From Candidatus Altimarinota bacterium (GTDB lineage: Bacteria > Patescibacteriota > Gracilibacteria > JBDHUY01): a DNA stretch of 53,973 nucleotides. Position 1 is the stretch's first letter. Each line of letters begins with the position of its first letter. The notes under the pieces were generated by a model that saw only the letters and a program-made list of their open reading frames with translations, searched no databases and was not told the DNA's origin. The translations under genes and the position numbers were made by a program. Positions 1 through 8,503 of the stretch are shown here, piece by piece. Location of the stretch: NCBI GenBank assembly GCA_039809385.1, contig JBDHUY010000014.1, positions 1 to 53,973 on the forward strand. The letters are read 5' to 3'.

Positions 1-62
1 AGTCAAAAGTCAAAAGTCAAAAGTCAAAAGTCAAAAGTCAAAAGTCAAAAGTCAAAAGTCAA
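1..62. repeat. Perfect heptamer tandem repeat (AGTCAAA), 8 full units plus 6 nt, probably truncated by the window edge
   Basis: Read directly from the sequence; degenerate copies of the unit at ~25115-25143 and ~39595-39617. Confidence 0.97.
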
Positions 63-167
63 TATCTCCTAGAGGGAAGGGAGCGTTCATACTTTTTTTC
101 AAGATGAACACGAATTAGTTTCATACCGGCTAATCCTCCGATTGAGAAACCATTTTTGCTTAGGCAG

Positions 168-485
168 CTATCCGATAGTAGTTTCTTTTTCCTTGGTGAT
201 CTGTTTGCGCAGTTTGTTTTCGCACAGGTCTATGGCCGCTTCGGGACTGAGCGCTCTAACTTCAGTATGCAGAGACGGGGCGTGCGGAACGATGATCGTG
301 ACGGAACACAGAAAGCGGTCGTCTTCTCTCTTTGTATCTTCGTATGATATAGTTACTTTTACTTCTAGTGCCTCATTATCGGCAATCGATCCCAGATGTT
401 TGGTGACCGCATTCATTTTTTCCATGACATACTCCTTCTGTTTCTCTTGGAGGCTGCAATGGTGCTCCAGCAGGGTGATTTTCAT
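168..485 (-). CDS. hpf: Ribosome hibernation promoting factor / RaiA (S30AE family), short form
   Basis: 105 aa; KEYVMEKM...AAIDLCENKLRKQI pattern matches the HPF/YfiA fold. Confidence 0.75.
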   Translation of the reverse strand: MKITLLEHHCSLQEKQKEYVMEKMNAVTKHLGSIADNEALEVKVTISYEDTKREDDRFLCSVTIIVPHAPSLHTEVRALSPEAAIDLCENKLRKQITKEKETTIG

Positions 486-570
486 TGGGACGTGTTTGAA
501 AATAAATAAAACGGACCTCTCCCATTATAGCAGGGTTTGGGGCCGATCCAAATAATTCCGCGGCTTTTGT

Positions 571-599
571 TTGACTTTATGTGGTATGATTTTTAGAAT
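571..599 (+). promoter_or_regulatory. Sigma70-type promoter driving the T-box leader
   Basis: TTGACT (571-576), 17-nt spacer, TAGAAT (594-599). Confidence 0.65.
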
Positions 600-605
600 A
601 AAGAA

Positions 606-760
606 GCAAATCCTTATTTTGCACCCAAAAGGAGATTGGCACCTTTTGAGACTTTTCATTTCGAGAGAGCTCCGGCGTCGGAGAAGTAGGGTGGAACCTT
701 CCGGAAAAATACCTTTCCCGGAACCCTATACGTACATTGGTATGCGTATAGGGGATTTTG
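606..760 (+). ncRNA. T-box riboswitch (Gly, GGC specifier), ultrashort Stem I, antiterminator/terminator
   Basis: T-box AAGTAGGGTGGAACC (684-698); antiterminator TAGGG 687-691/CCCTA 724-728 and TTCCGG 699-704/CCGGAA 718-723; terminator stem 724-735/740-753 then GATTTT; Stem III 670-683; hairpin 626-648 with GGC at 638-640; glyQS downstream. Confidence 0.85.
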
Positions 761-855
761 GGCATGGGTAGCAGTAAATATTTAGTATCCGGTAGCGAGT
801 ATAAAACTTCAATGAATTTCTATCAGTTTCTATAAATTCCTATTTGTTTCTCTCT

Positions 856-1428
856 ATGTCCTCGTCTTTAATTTTTGCTACCAGAAACGTTCACAAAGTA
901 GAAGATGCTCGTAAGCTCTTGCCGGATTATGACATACAGCAGGTCGATTTTGATATTCCGGAAATTCAGTCTATGCATATTCGAGAGATTATCAGCGCCA
1001 AATTACAATACGCATATCGACAACTTTTAAAGCCGTGTTTCGTGATGGATGCTTCTTTGTCTTTTCAGGCGTTAGAGGGATTTCCGGGTCCGCTGATTCG
1101 CTGGTTTTACGAAACGGTAGGATCGGAAAAAATAGTCCGCATCATAGAATCATTGAGTGATTCCCGCTGCACATGGGAAACCTGGCTGGGGTACTTTGAC
1201 GGAAGCCAGGAACATTACTTTTCCCAAGCGTTGCCTGGGAATGTCCCGCCTATGCCGCGGGGTGAGAACGGATACCATTGGGACACTTTGTTTATTCCCG
1301 AAAAAGAGACAAGGACTCTGGCCGAAATGACCTTTGAAGAGAAGCAGCAGTATGCTCCGACGAGAAAACTATTGGGCGAGTTACGTAATCATATAGAGAA
1401 GCATAAGGAGGGCAGTGTGCTGTCCTGA
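856..1428 (+). CDS. Non-canonical purine NTP pyrophosphatase (Ham1/RdgB/ITPase family)
   Basis: FATRNVHK, EIQS, DASL, GFPGP and GYHWDTLF motifs; ATG 856 preferred over TTG 844. Confidence 0.9.
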   Translation: MSSSLIFATRNVHKVEDARKLLPDYDIQQVDFDIPEIQSMHIREIISAKLQYAYRQLLKPCFVMDASLSFQALEGFPGPLIRWFYETVGSEKIVRIIESLSDSRCTWETWLGYFDGSQEHYFSQALPGNVPPMPRGENGYHWDTLFIPEKETRTLAEMTFEEKQQYAPTRKLLGELRNHIEKHKEGSVLS

Positions 1429-1609
1429 ATCTCCTAGCCCCCTTCGGCTGCGCTCAGTGCATGTCTTATCAGGGGGCACTACTACAACTCGGACAACGAA
1501 TTTCAATAAATTTCTATGATTGTCTCTATGCCTTTCCTGATGATTAGCCGCTAGACAATGGTTTCTCGTCTGAGCAGACTCACAGGTCTGATCAGACGGG
1601 AATTGGTTT

Positions 1610-1643
1610 GCAGAGACATGGGCAGACACATAGGTCTGCCCCT
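1610..1643. repeat. REP-like palindrome GGGCAGACACATAGGTCTGCCC
   Basis: Near-identical copies at 22035-22058, 22076-22100, 35578-35602 and (reverse) 30720-30745. Confidence 0.85.
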
Positions 1644-1693
1644 GCTGGATCGCTTTATAACTTTACAAACTTTATAACTTATAACTTTCTTCT

Positions 1694-3085
1694 ATGAACC
1701 AACACGCTACGATCGAAAAGGTGCTTTCCTTGTCCAAACGCCGGGGATTTGTCTATCCGTCTTCCGAAATTTACGGCGGCTTGGCTAATACCTGGGATTT
1801 CGGCCCTTACGGAACCCAGCTCAAAAATAACGTTCGCGATTTCTGGTGGCAGACTTTCATCGCCAAACGTGACGATATGGTCGGACTCGACGCCAGCATT
1901 ATTCTGAACCCTAAGGTCTGGCAGGCTTCGGGGCATACGGCCAGTTTCGCCGACGTCATGGTCGAGGATACGGTCAATCGCAAGCGTTTTCGGGCCGATC
2001 ATCTGATCGAGGAATTTTATGAAAAAAAAGGCAAGGAGATCAAAGTCGATGGTATGACGCCCGAACAACTCGAAGAGATTATCGTGACCGAAAAAATAAA
2101 GAGTCCTGATGGCAACCTTCTAGGGAAGCCCCGCCGATTCAATCAATTGTTCGAGACCAGGATCGGTATCCTGGAAGACAGTAAATCGCAGGCCTTTTTG
2201 CGCGGCGAGATCGCCCAGGGGATTTTCATGAATTTCAAAAATGTGCTCGATTCGGTGCGGGTCAAGATTCCGTTTGGGATCGCGCAGCAGGGGAAAGCTT
2301 TCCGGAACGAGATTACGATGGGAAAATTTATTCATCGTACGCTCGAGTTCGATCTGATGGAATTTGAGTACTTTTTCAACCCTGACGGGGTGCAATGGGA
2401 AGAACTCTACGCGTATTGGGAAAAAGAGATGTGGGAGTTTGCCCTTGCTTTGGGGCTGAATCCCGACAATCTGCGCTGGCGCGAACACGAGGAATTCGAG
2501 CGGTCGCATTATTCCAAAATGACCAAGGATATCGAGTATGATTTTCCGTTCGGGTTTAAAGAGATGTTCGGACTGGCCTACCGTACCGATTTCGATCTGA
2601 GAAATCATATGGAAAACTCGGGCAAAGATTTGACCTATACCGATCCTAAAACTAATAAAAAGTTTATTCCTCATGTTATCGAGCCCACGTTCGGTCATTC
2701 CCGTCTGATCGGTATCCTTTTATTTGACGCCTATACCGAAGAACCGGTAAAGGACGACGTTCGTACTGTGCTAAAACTGGCTCCCAAACTGGCCCCGGTC
2801 AAAGCCGCGGTTTTTCCGCTGCAAAAAGATGACAAGTTACAGGAACTGGCTCGCCGGGTACACGGACGGCTTAAAGAAGCGGTTACCTATGTGGAATACG
2901 ATAATTCAGGCAATATCGGAAAAATGTATCGCCGCCAGGATGAGATCGGAACACCGCTGTGTGTCACGGTCGATTACGATTCCTTGGAAAACAATACCGT
3001 TACTATCCGGGATCGGGATTCGATGAAACAGGATCGGGTTTCGATCGATGCGCTGGTGCCGTTTGTTCAAGAAAAAATAGCGTAG
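1694..3085 (+). CDS. glyQS: Glycine--tRNA ligase, homodimeric (alpha2) type
   Basis: KRRGFVYPSSEIYGG, GIAQQGKAFRNEI, PHVIEPTFG and C-terminal anticodon-binding domain RRQDEIGTP. Confidence 0.97.
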   Translation: MNQHATIEKVLSLSKRRGFVYPSSEIYGGLANTWDFGPYGTQLKNNVRDFWWQTFIAKRDDMVGLDASIILNPKVWQASGHTASFADVMVEDTVNRKRFRADHLIEEFYEKKGKEIKVDGMTPEQLEEIIVTEKIKSPDGNLLGKPRRFNQLFETRIGILEDSKSQAFLRGEIAQGIFMNFKNVLDSVRVKIPFGIAQQGKAFRNEITMGKFIHRTLEFDLMEFEYFFNPDGVQWEELYAYWEKEMWEFALALGLNPDNLRWREHEEFERSHYSKMTKDIEYDFPFGFKEMFGLAYRTDFDLRNHMENSGKDLTYTDPKTNKKFIPHVIEPTFGHSRLIGILLFDAYTEEPVKDDVRTVLKLAPKLAPVKAAVFPLQKDDKLQELARRVHGRLKEAVTYVEYDNSGNIGKMYRRQDEIGTPLCVTVDYDSLENNTVTIRDRDSMKQDRVSIDALVPFVQEKIA

Positions 3086-3110
3086 ATGTTTGTTATCGTC
3101 GCAACGGTGT

Positions 3111-3140
3111 CGTAGGGGCGAATGATCATTCGCCCCTACG
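3111..3140. repeat. Perfect 30-bp GTAG-type REP palindrome between convergent glyQS and cysS (may act as terminator)
   Basis: CGTAGGGGCGAATGA/TCATTCGCCCCTACG is its own reverse complement. Confidence 0.9.
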
Positions 3141-3157
3141 ATGAATAGGGGAATAAA

Positions 3158-4588
3158 TTATATCCGTTCCAATTTCTGTCCTTGCGGCGTATCTTTCACG
3201 GTAAAACCGTGTTGTTCGATTTGAGTACGCAATTGATCCGAACGCGCGAAATCTTTTGCCTGACGGGCTTGTTCCCTTTCTGTCAGAAGGCTCTGAACTT
3301 CGCTGCTGTCGCTTTCTTCTTCGAAATCGAACACAAAAACTCCCAGAATCGTATCGATCTCCCGTAACCAGTCCAGGACTGCTTGTCCCTCGGGCAAAGA
3401 TAGAGCGGCAAGGAGCGGATTCAGCTGTTTTACCAGTTCAAATACCGCTGCGAGTGCTTCAGGAATATTAAAATCGTCTTCTATCGCTGCTTTAAAAGCT
3501 TGTTTGGCTTGGGCTAATTTCGAATCTGTTACCGAAGGGTCTTGTTCTTCTTCTTTTGATAGCGTGTTAAGTTCCCGTACGAAACGATCCAGCGAGAGGA
3601 GTGTATTACGAGATTGCTCCAGCGCCGCCTGACTGAAGTTTTGCTGCGCCCGATAGTGCGAAGAAATCAGCAGGTAGCGGATTTCACGAGGGGTAAAACC
3701 TCGTTCGGTTATCTGATCCAACCGGTAACCGTTCCCGAGACTTTTGGACATTTTTTCTCCTTCGATCAGGAGGTGATTATGGTGCATCCAATAACGGACA
3801 AAAGGTTTTCCGGTGGCCGCTTCGCTCTGGGCAATTTCGTTGCTATGATGAACCGCGATATGATCGATCCCGCCGCCGTGCAGATCGAACGTCTCACCCA
3901 AGTATTTCATGCTCATGGCGCTGCATTCGATATGCCAGCCTGGAAATCCTTTGCCCCAGGGTGAGTCCCATTCCATATCCCGTACTCGGTCGAGCGGCGA
4001 AAACTTCCAGAGCGCAAAGTCGGTGATATTCTTCTTGCCCTGTATCATTTCTACCCGTGCGCCGGCTTGTAATCCTTCTTTATCCAAGCGGGCGAGTTTT
4101 CCATAGTCCGGTAGTTTCGAAGTATCGAAATATACCCCGTCCTCAATGACGTACGTGTAGCCTTTTTCTTCGAGCTTTTTGACCAGATCGATCTGTTCGG
4201 CAATATGTTCGGTGGCGCGGCATACGATATTCGGTCTTTCAATTCCTACGGCATCCATGGTCGTGAAAAATTCCATTTCATAGTGTTTGGCCACCTCCCA
4301 GGCGTTTTTGCCTTCGCGTCGGGCGCCCTTTTCCATCTTGTCCTCGCCGGCGTCTTCGTCCGAAACGAGGTGGCCGACATCGGTGATGTTCATAACCTGG
4401 TTCACCTGAAAACCCAGGTGGCGCAGGCTTTTTTTGACGATATCCCAGGTAAGATACGATTTGATGTGCCCGATGTGGGTGTGGTCATACACGGTGGGAC
4501 CGCAGGTGTAGAGACTGACTTCCTTATCTTTGAGTGGCGTGAAAAGTTCTTTTTGACGGGTGAGGGTATTATAGATTGCAAGAGGCAT
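3158..4588 (-). CDS. cysS: Cysteine--tRNA ligase
   Basis: YTCGPTVY, HIGH, PGWHIECSAMS and KMSKS; start placed at MPLAIYNTL (4588). Confidence 0.97.
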   Translation of the reverse strand: MPLAIYNTLTRQKELFTPLKDKEVSLYTCGPTVYDHTHIGHIKSYLTWDIVKKSLRHLGFQVNQVMNITDVGHLVSDEDAGEDKMEKGARREGKNAWEVAKHYEMEFFTTMDAVGIERPNIVCRATEHIAEQIDLVKKLEEKGYTYVIEDGVYFDTSKLPDYGKLARLDKEGLQAGARVEMIQGKKNITDFALWKFSPLDRVRDMEWDSPWGKGFPGWHIECSAMSMKYLGETFDLHGGGIDHIAVHHSNEIAQSEAATGKPFVRYWMHHNHLLIEGEKMSKSLGNGYRLDQITERGFTPREIRYLLISSHYRAQQNFSQAALEQSRNTLLSLDRFVRELNTLSKEEEQDPSVTDSKLAQAKQAFKAAIEDDFNIPEALAAVFELVKQLNPLLAALSLPEGQAVLDWLREIDTILGVFVFDFEEESDSSEVQSLLTEREQARQAKDFARSDQLRTQIEQHGFTVKDTPQGQKLERI

Positions 4589-4664
4589 GGGGTATTGATT
4601 ATGAGAGGATCTTAATGTACTATAAACAGATATCAATTTATTTTTCAATCTATAATATAATTCT

Positions 4665-5336
4665 ATGGGAAATGTTATTCCTTTTGCCTCTGAAACCCTT
4701 GTTGAAAGCTCAGTAACACCAGTTGAGCGCAGGGAAGCAATAAAAGCTGTATTATCCAAGGTATATCAATTGGATAGAATTCTTGCTAGTAAAGCACCTG
4801 GTAGTAATGAAGAAAAAGAGATATACGCTTTAAGGGCAGAGCTGCTAGCTGCTCTGGATCCAAGTAAAAGGGCATTGAATCCAGATCTGCTTAAGGAACT
4901 GGAAGCATCTTTCTCGAAACTCCAAGGCTCACCAGAGGAAGCAGACACAAACGTGCAGGTATCTATATTAGAACAGGAAGCGCATACAAAGGGACGTATT
5001 GCGAAATTACTTGGATGGATCAGTTCTGTTGGTCAGTTACTTCCTTTTAGGCGTTCGGTCTCTACATCAAAAAATACGGCGGCTATTGATACACCGAGAT
5101 CTCTGGATCCACTAGAAGCTCAAGCGTATGACCTGGCTTTTCAGCTTTATGAAAATCCCCGAAATAGCGGTCAGCCTGGTGCGTTAAATACTATAGATAA
5201 TGGGAAAGAAGCACTTCGTCTTCTGGATCAGATTGCCCCTGGAAAGAACGTGACTCCTGAGACACTCAAACATGTCGTAGCATCGTTGCAGGCGATGCAG
5301 ATGAGTGATGATGTCCCTTTGAAGCAGGCGGCATAG
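4665..5336 (+). CDS. Hypothetical helical protein (AT-richer orphan)
   Basis: 223-aa ORF filling the gap between divergent cysS and convergent recO; no recognised motif. Confidence 0.7.
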   Translation: MGNVIPFASETLVESSVTPVERREAIKAVLSKVYQLDRILASKAPGSNEEKEIYALRAELLAALDPSKRALNPDLLKELEASFSKLQGSPEEADTNVQVSILEQEAHTKGRIAKLLGWISSVGQLLPFRRSVSTSKNTAAIDTPRSLDPLEAQAYDLAFQLYENPRNSGQPGALNTIDNGKEALRLLDQIAPGKNVTPETLKHVVASLQAMQMSDDVPLKQAA

Positions 5337-5342
5337 GAGAAT

Positions 5343-6068
5343 CTACCAGATCACTTGGTATCGTTGAAACGGATACTGCAGCAGCGTAAAGTCATTGAGA
5401 ACGCTATGGAGCATCTGAGCGCGCTGGAGCGGTAGTTCTTCTTGCACAATCTGCTCAAAACCGTGCGTATTCAGTCGACACAGATACTGATTGATCGACT
5501 CTTCGAACGTAATTTCGGGACGGAAGGAACAGTCGCTACACAATAAACGGTACTGACAGAAGTGTACTTTCCCCGCAAATTTTTTTCCGCATTGATCGCA
5601 GGTTTCGCTCACTCGCATAACTCCCAACAACCGTAGTAATTTCAGTTTAAACGCCAACGTGACGATTTCGCGGTGATCGGGATAACAATGATCCAACAGC
5701 GTGAGACCGGTGTGCAGGAGTTCGAATAAATGGGCCTGGGTTTGTTGCGGCGCAAGTAAATTCTTGATCAGGGAAATCATGGTGTACCCGCTTTTCAGCT
5801 TGTCATATTGACTTACTACCTCCGGAAAACAAAGTGTCTGGCGGCTCTGGTTGACCACCGGTAGAAATCGCCCGTGGTAGAGCTGGCAGTCCACGCCGTT
5901 AAAAAGTTCAAGTCCGGAATTATGCCGACTGGGTACTTTTTTGGCATGCTTGGCTAACACATCTACTTTAGTATCCTGCATGGTCAGGATCGTAAAGATG
6001 ATGTCTTTTTCGCCTCTGTCCCGCTTGTCTATGACAATTCCCTGCAATTTAAAAACTTTGGCAGTCAT
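5343..6068 (-). CDS. recO: DNA repair protein RecO
   Basis: GIVI..RDRGEKD OB-fold start; FKLKLLRLLG; CxxC...CxxC zinc finger. Confidence 0.88.
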   Translation of the reverse strand: MTAKVFKLQGIVIDKRDRGEKDIIFTILTMQDTKVDVLAKHAKKVPSRHNSGLELFNGVDCQLYHGRFLPVVNQSRQTLCFPEVVSQYDKLKSGYTMISLIKNLLAPQQTQAHLFELLHTGLTLLDHCYPDHREIVTLAFKLKLLRLLGVMRVSETCDQCGKKFAGKVHFCQYRLLCSDCSFRPEITFEESINQYLCRLNTHGFEQIVQEELPLQRAQMLHSVLNDFTLLQYPFQRYQVIW

Positions 6069-6291
6069 TATTGAAGAATATCAAATGTCAAAACAAACCC
6101 CAAATCCAAAGCGTAAAGTTCAAATGCCAAAAGAATACCAAATATCAAAATCCAAATGATTGCAGAAAAAATCTATCGCAAGAACATGGTCTCCTGACTG
6201 CTCTTCCCGTTTTTCAAAATCTATATAGAATTGGTATAAAACAACCAATACCTATAAAATTCTACCAAAGTTTTATCCATTTTTTTTCTCT

Positions 6292-7287
6292 TTATTCCTG
6301 CCTGAAGCGGGCAGCGATAATTTGCGGCAAAAAGAAAAAACTCATGAAGCGCATAAGGGCAATCGTACTGGATGCCGCTCCGATCACCAGAAATACGGAT
6401 ATTTGCTGCCCAAGCAGGGATCCGGCATTGTTTTTATAATAGTCCCACAAGCTTGTGGCAAAAGAACGTAAGTAGACACTTGGCAGAAACTGGTTGATCT
6501 GCGAATTGATCACATTCAATAAAACCATATACAGCATGACACCTACAACCGTACCAATAACTCCGTACAAAATTCCCTCGATGATAAACGGCGCGCTGAT
6601 AAAACTTTTGGATGCACCTACCAGTTTCATAATCCTGATCTCGTTTTGACGGTGAAAGACCACGATCTGGATCGTGTTGAGAATAATGATGATGGCTACA
6701 ACGAAAAATACGAGTTGAAATAACAGCACAAAGCGCTGTGCTCCCTTCGCTATATCCAAAATCCGGTTAATCCGGTCGCGCTGATCCTGAAAGCTGTTGT
6801 CGGTTTCGCTTTTTTCAAAATTCAGGAGCGTTTTGTACTCCGGTTTCTCAACGATGACGCCGACTTTTTCATAATCCTGAATGCTCTTGGCGGTAACATA
6901 CAGGCTGGCCGGCAGAGGATTTTGACGGTAGGTCTCCAGGAAAGCTCCCAGATCGGGCAGAATCTGCTTGAACTCTTCGAGCGCTTGTTCTTTGGATATC
7001 TTGATTACGGTCAGGCCGTTCTGTTCGAGTTCGCTTTTGAGGCGGTTTACTTCCGGACTTCCCAGATCGATATGTTCGTTGAGTTCCAGCGTCAGATCTA
7101 CTTTTTTATTAATGCTGTCGATGCTATAGCGGGCCAGATAGTCGATACTGCCCAGGATATTGACAAAAAAGGCGATCAACACAATTACCAAAAGTGTCGC
7201 CAACGACAACAGTTTGTTTCTGGTCATGTTCTGCCAGGTATAGGAAGCGATGCGTTTGAAAATCGTCGAGAGGCTTTGCGTATTCAT
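6292..7287 (-). CDS. ftsX: Cell division permease-like protein FtsX
   Basis: NPLPASL, IILNTIQ...RQNEIRIMKLVGA...FISAPFIIEG; 4 TM segments. Confidence 0.9.
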   Translation of the reverse strand: MNTQSLSTIFKRIASYTWQNMTRNKLLSLATLLVIVLIAFFVNILGSIDYLARYSIDSINKKVDLTLELNEHIDLGSPEVNRLKSELEQNGLTVIKISKEQALEEFKQILPDLGAFLETYRQNPLPASLYVTAKSIQDYEKVGVIVEKPEYKTLLNFEKSETDNSFQDQRDRINRILDIAKGAQRFVLLFQLVFFVVAIIIILNTIQIVVFHRQNEIRIMKLVGASKSFISAPFIIEGILYGVIGTVVGVMLYMVLLNVINSQINQFLPSVYLRSFATSLWDYYKNNAGSLLGQQISVFLVIGAASSTIALMRFMSFFFLPQIIAARFRQE

Positions 7288-7360
7288 ATCGGGCTCATTC
7301 AGATAAAGTCTAAAACTACCTTACAAGCCAGGTTACGAATGTCAAAGGAAATACACGGAT

Positions 7361-7657
7361 TTATTGATTTTGTATACGCTTTGTTGCAATATCGTATACC
7401 TCCTCGTCTCTTCTATGGCCAACCGCAACGATATGTACTTCTATCAGTTCGTTCTTAACAGTATAAACAACTCGATACTTGCTAATTTTTAATTTCCTGT
7501 ATCCTCCGAGAATTCCAAACAAAGGAGCTCCATATTCTAAAGGAGCTTGTCCCAGTTTTTTGACAAGCGTATTGCGGATCATTCGAGCTGTGGAATGATC
7601 GAAGTCTAACATATCCTGCTGTGCTCGAGGATCGAAAAGAATGATGTACTTTTTCAT
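7361..7657 (-). CDS. RelE/ParE-family toxin
   Basis: 98 aa; GAPLFG.L.GYRKLKISKYRVVY...VGHRRD..VY; ATGA overlap with upstream gene. Confidence 0.88.
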   Translation of the reverse strand: MKKYIILFDPRAQQDMLDFDHSTARMIRNTLVKKLGQAPLEYGAPLFGILGGYRKLKISKYRVVYTVKNELIEVHIVAVGHRRDEEVYDIATKRIQNQ

Positions 7658-7938
7658 TTTGCTCTTGGCAGAGTTTCGATAAATTTGTCCATATCAGCCA
7701 ACGAGACTAATGTTTTTGGATTTCTTTTTCTTTCCTCGGCAATCTTATAAAAAGCCAGGTCTTCCATAGTCTCAAACCATTCTTCCGATAGTCCTATGCT
7801 CAGCCGTTTGGAGCGAACAAACTCTTCCAATAATGCGTTGAGAACAGCACTTAAATCCAAGCCCAGTTTTTCAGCCAGTAATTTGGCTTTCTTCTTGGTT
7901 TGCATTCTGGTTTTGAATTGAATGAGAGCATCGCGCAT
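7654..7938 (-). CDS. RelB/DinJ-like antitoxin
   Basis: KKKAKLLAEKLGLDLSAVLNALLEEFV ribbon-helix-helix pattern; coupled to the toxin; start at MRDAL. Confidence 0.8.
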   Translation of the reverse strand: MRDALIQFKTRMQTKKKAKLLAEKLGLDLSAVLNALLEEFVRSKRLSIGLSEEWFETMEDLAFYKIAEERKRNPKTLVSLADMDKFIETLPRAK

Positions 7939-7949
7939 ACAATTAAAGT

Positions 7950-7973
7950 ATGATAATACAATTACATTATCAT
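7950..7973. promoter_or_regulatory. Candidate TA autoregulatory operator
   Basis: Inverted repeat ATGATAAT-N8-ATTATCAT just upstream of the antitoxin start. Confidence 0.5.
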
Positions 7974-8003
7974 TATAATTCAATTCCCATAGCAGATCAA
8001 AAT

Positions 8004-8339
8004 CTATTTTTTATATTCTTCGTTATTTATTTTCTTATCAAGCTCTTCCATGGTCCCCAAAAAAGCTTTTTCCAGATCCACATCATATTGATCGGCAAGT
8101 ACCAAAACCGACCAGAGGCAATCCGAGAGCTCGTGAGCGAGGCGCTGGTGGGTGTCGCCGTCACCGCTTTCCCGGATGCCTTCCTTGGTCATGACGATTT
8201 TCATCAGATCTCCCACGTCTCCTACAAACCCTTGCATGATTTGCTCCCGCGTCCAGCTTTTCCCATACTTCTGAGTTTCAAATTCTGCGTACTTTTTTCG
8301 TATATCCAAAGCGCGTTGTTTCAGATCGTTGAATTCCGT
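8004..8339 (-). CDS. MazG-like nucleotide pyrophosphohydrolase (probable ACG start)
   Basis: GFVGDVGDL...HELSDCLWSVLVLA..YDVDLE; frame extends to ACG-EFNDLKQRALDIRK, with an in-frame stop shortly upstream. Confidence 0.8.
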   Translation of the reverse strand, partial: TEFNDLKQRALDIRKKYAEFETQKYGKSWTREQIMQGFVGDVGDLMKIVMTKEGIRESGDGDTHQRLAHELSDCLWSVLVLADQYDVDLEKAFLGTMEELDKKINNEEYKK

Positions 8340-8503
8340 AGGGAAACTTAAATTGCTAGATTAGGTGTTCTCCTTGATAAAGCTAGGCGAACCTCATTGA
8401 CTCCTCGGGGTAATTTTGTTTCCTCTCCTTATCCCTAAACTTTTCGAAAGGACGAGGGAGAACTTTTTTTATTCCACCGACCCTGGATAGACATGGGCCA
8501 GTT

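Noticed and set aside
1-62. CRISPR array
   Set aside because: Contiguous 7-nt units with no spacers; no cas genes; the REP copies are dispersed, not regularly spaced
571-771. Small ORFs 571-771 (+) and 577-765 (-)
   Set aside because: The region is better explained by the promoter and T-box structure
4589-4759. ORF-track N-terminal extensions of cysS (also murC, paralog 2, 22043 ORF, rplM, aminopeptidase)
   Set aside because: Extensions run through promoters, REPs or neighbouring genes; family homology starts at the downstream ATG
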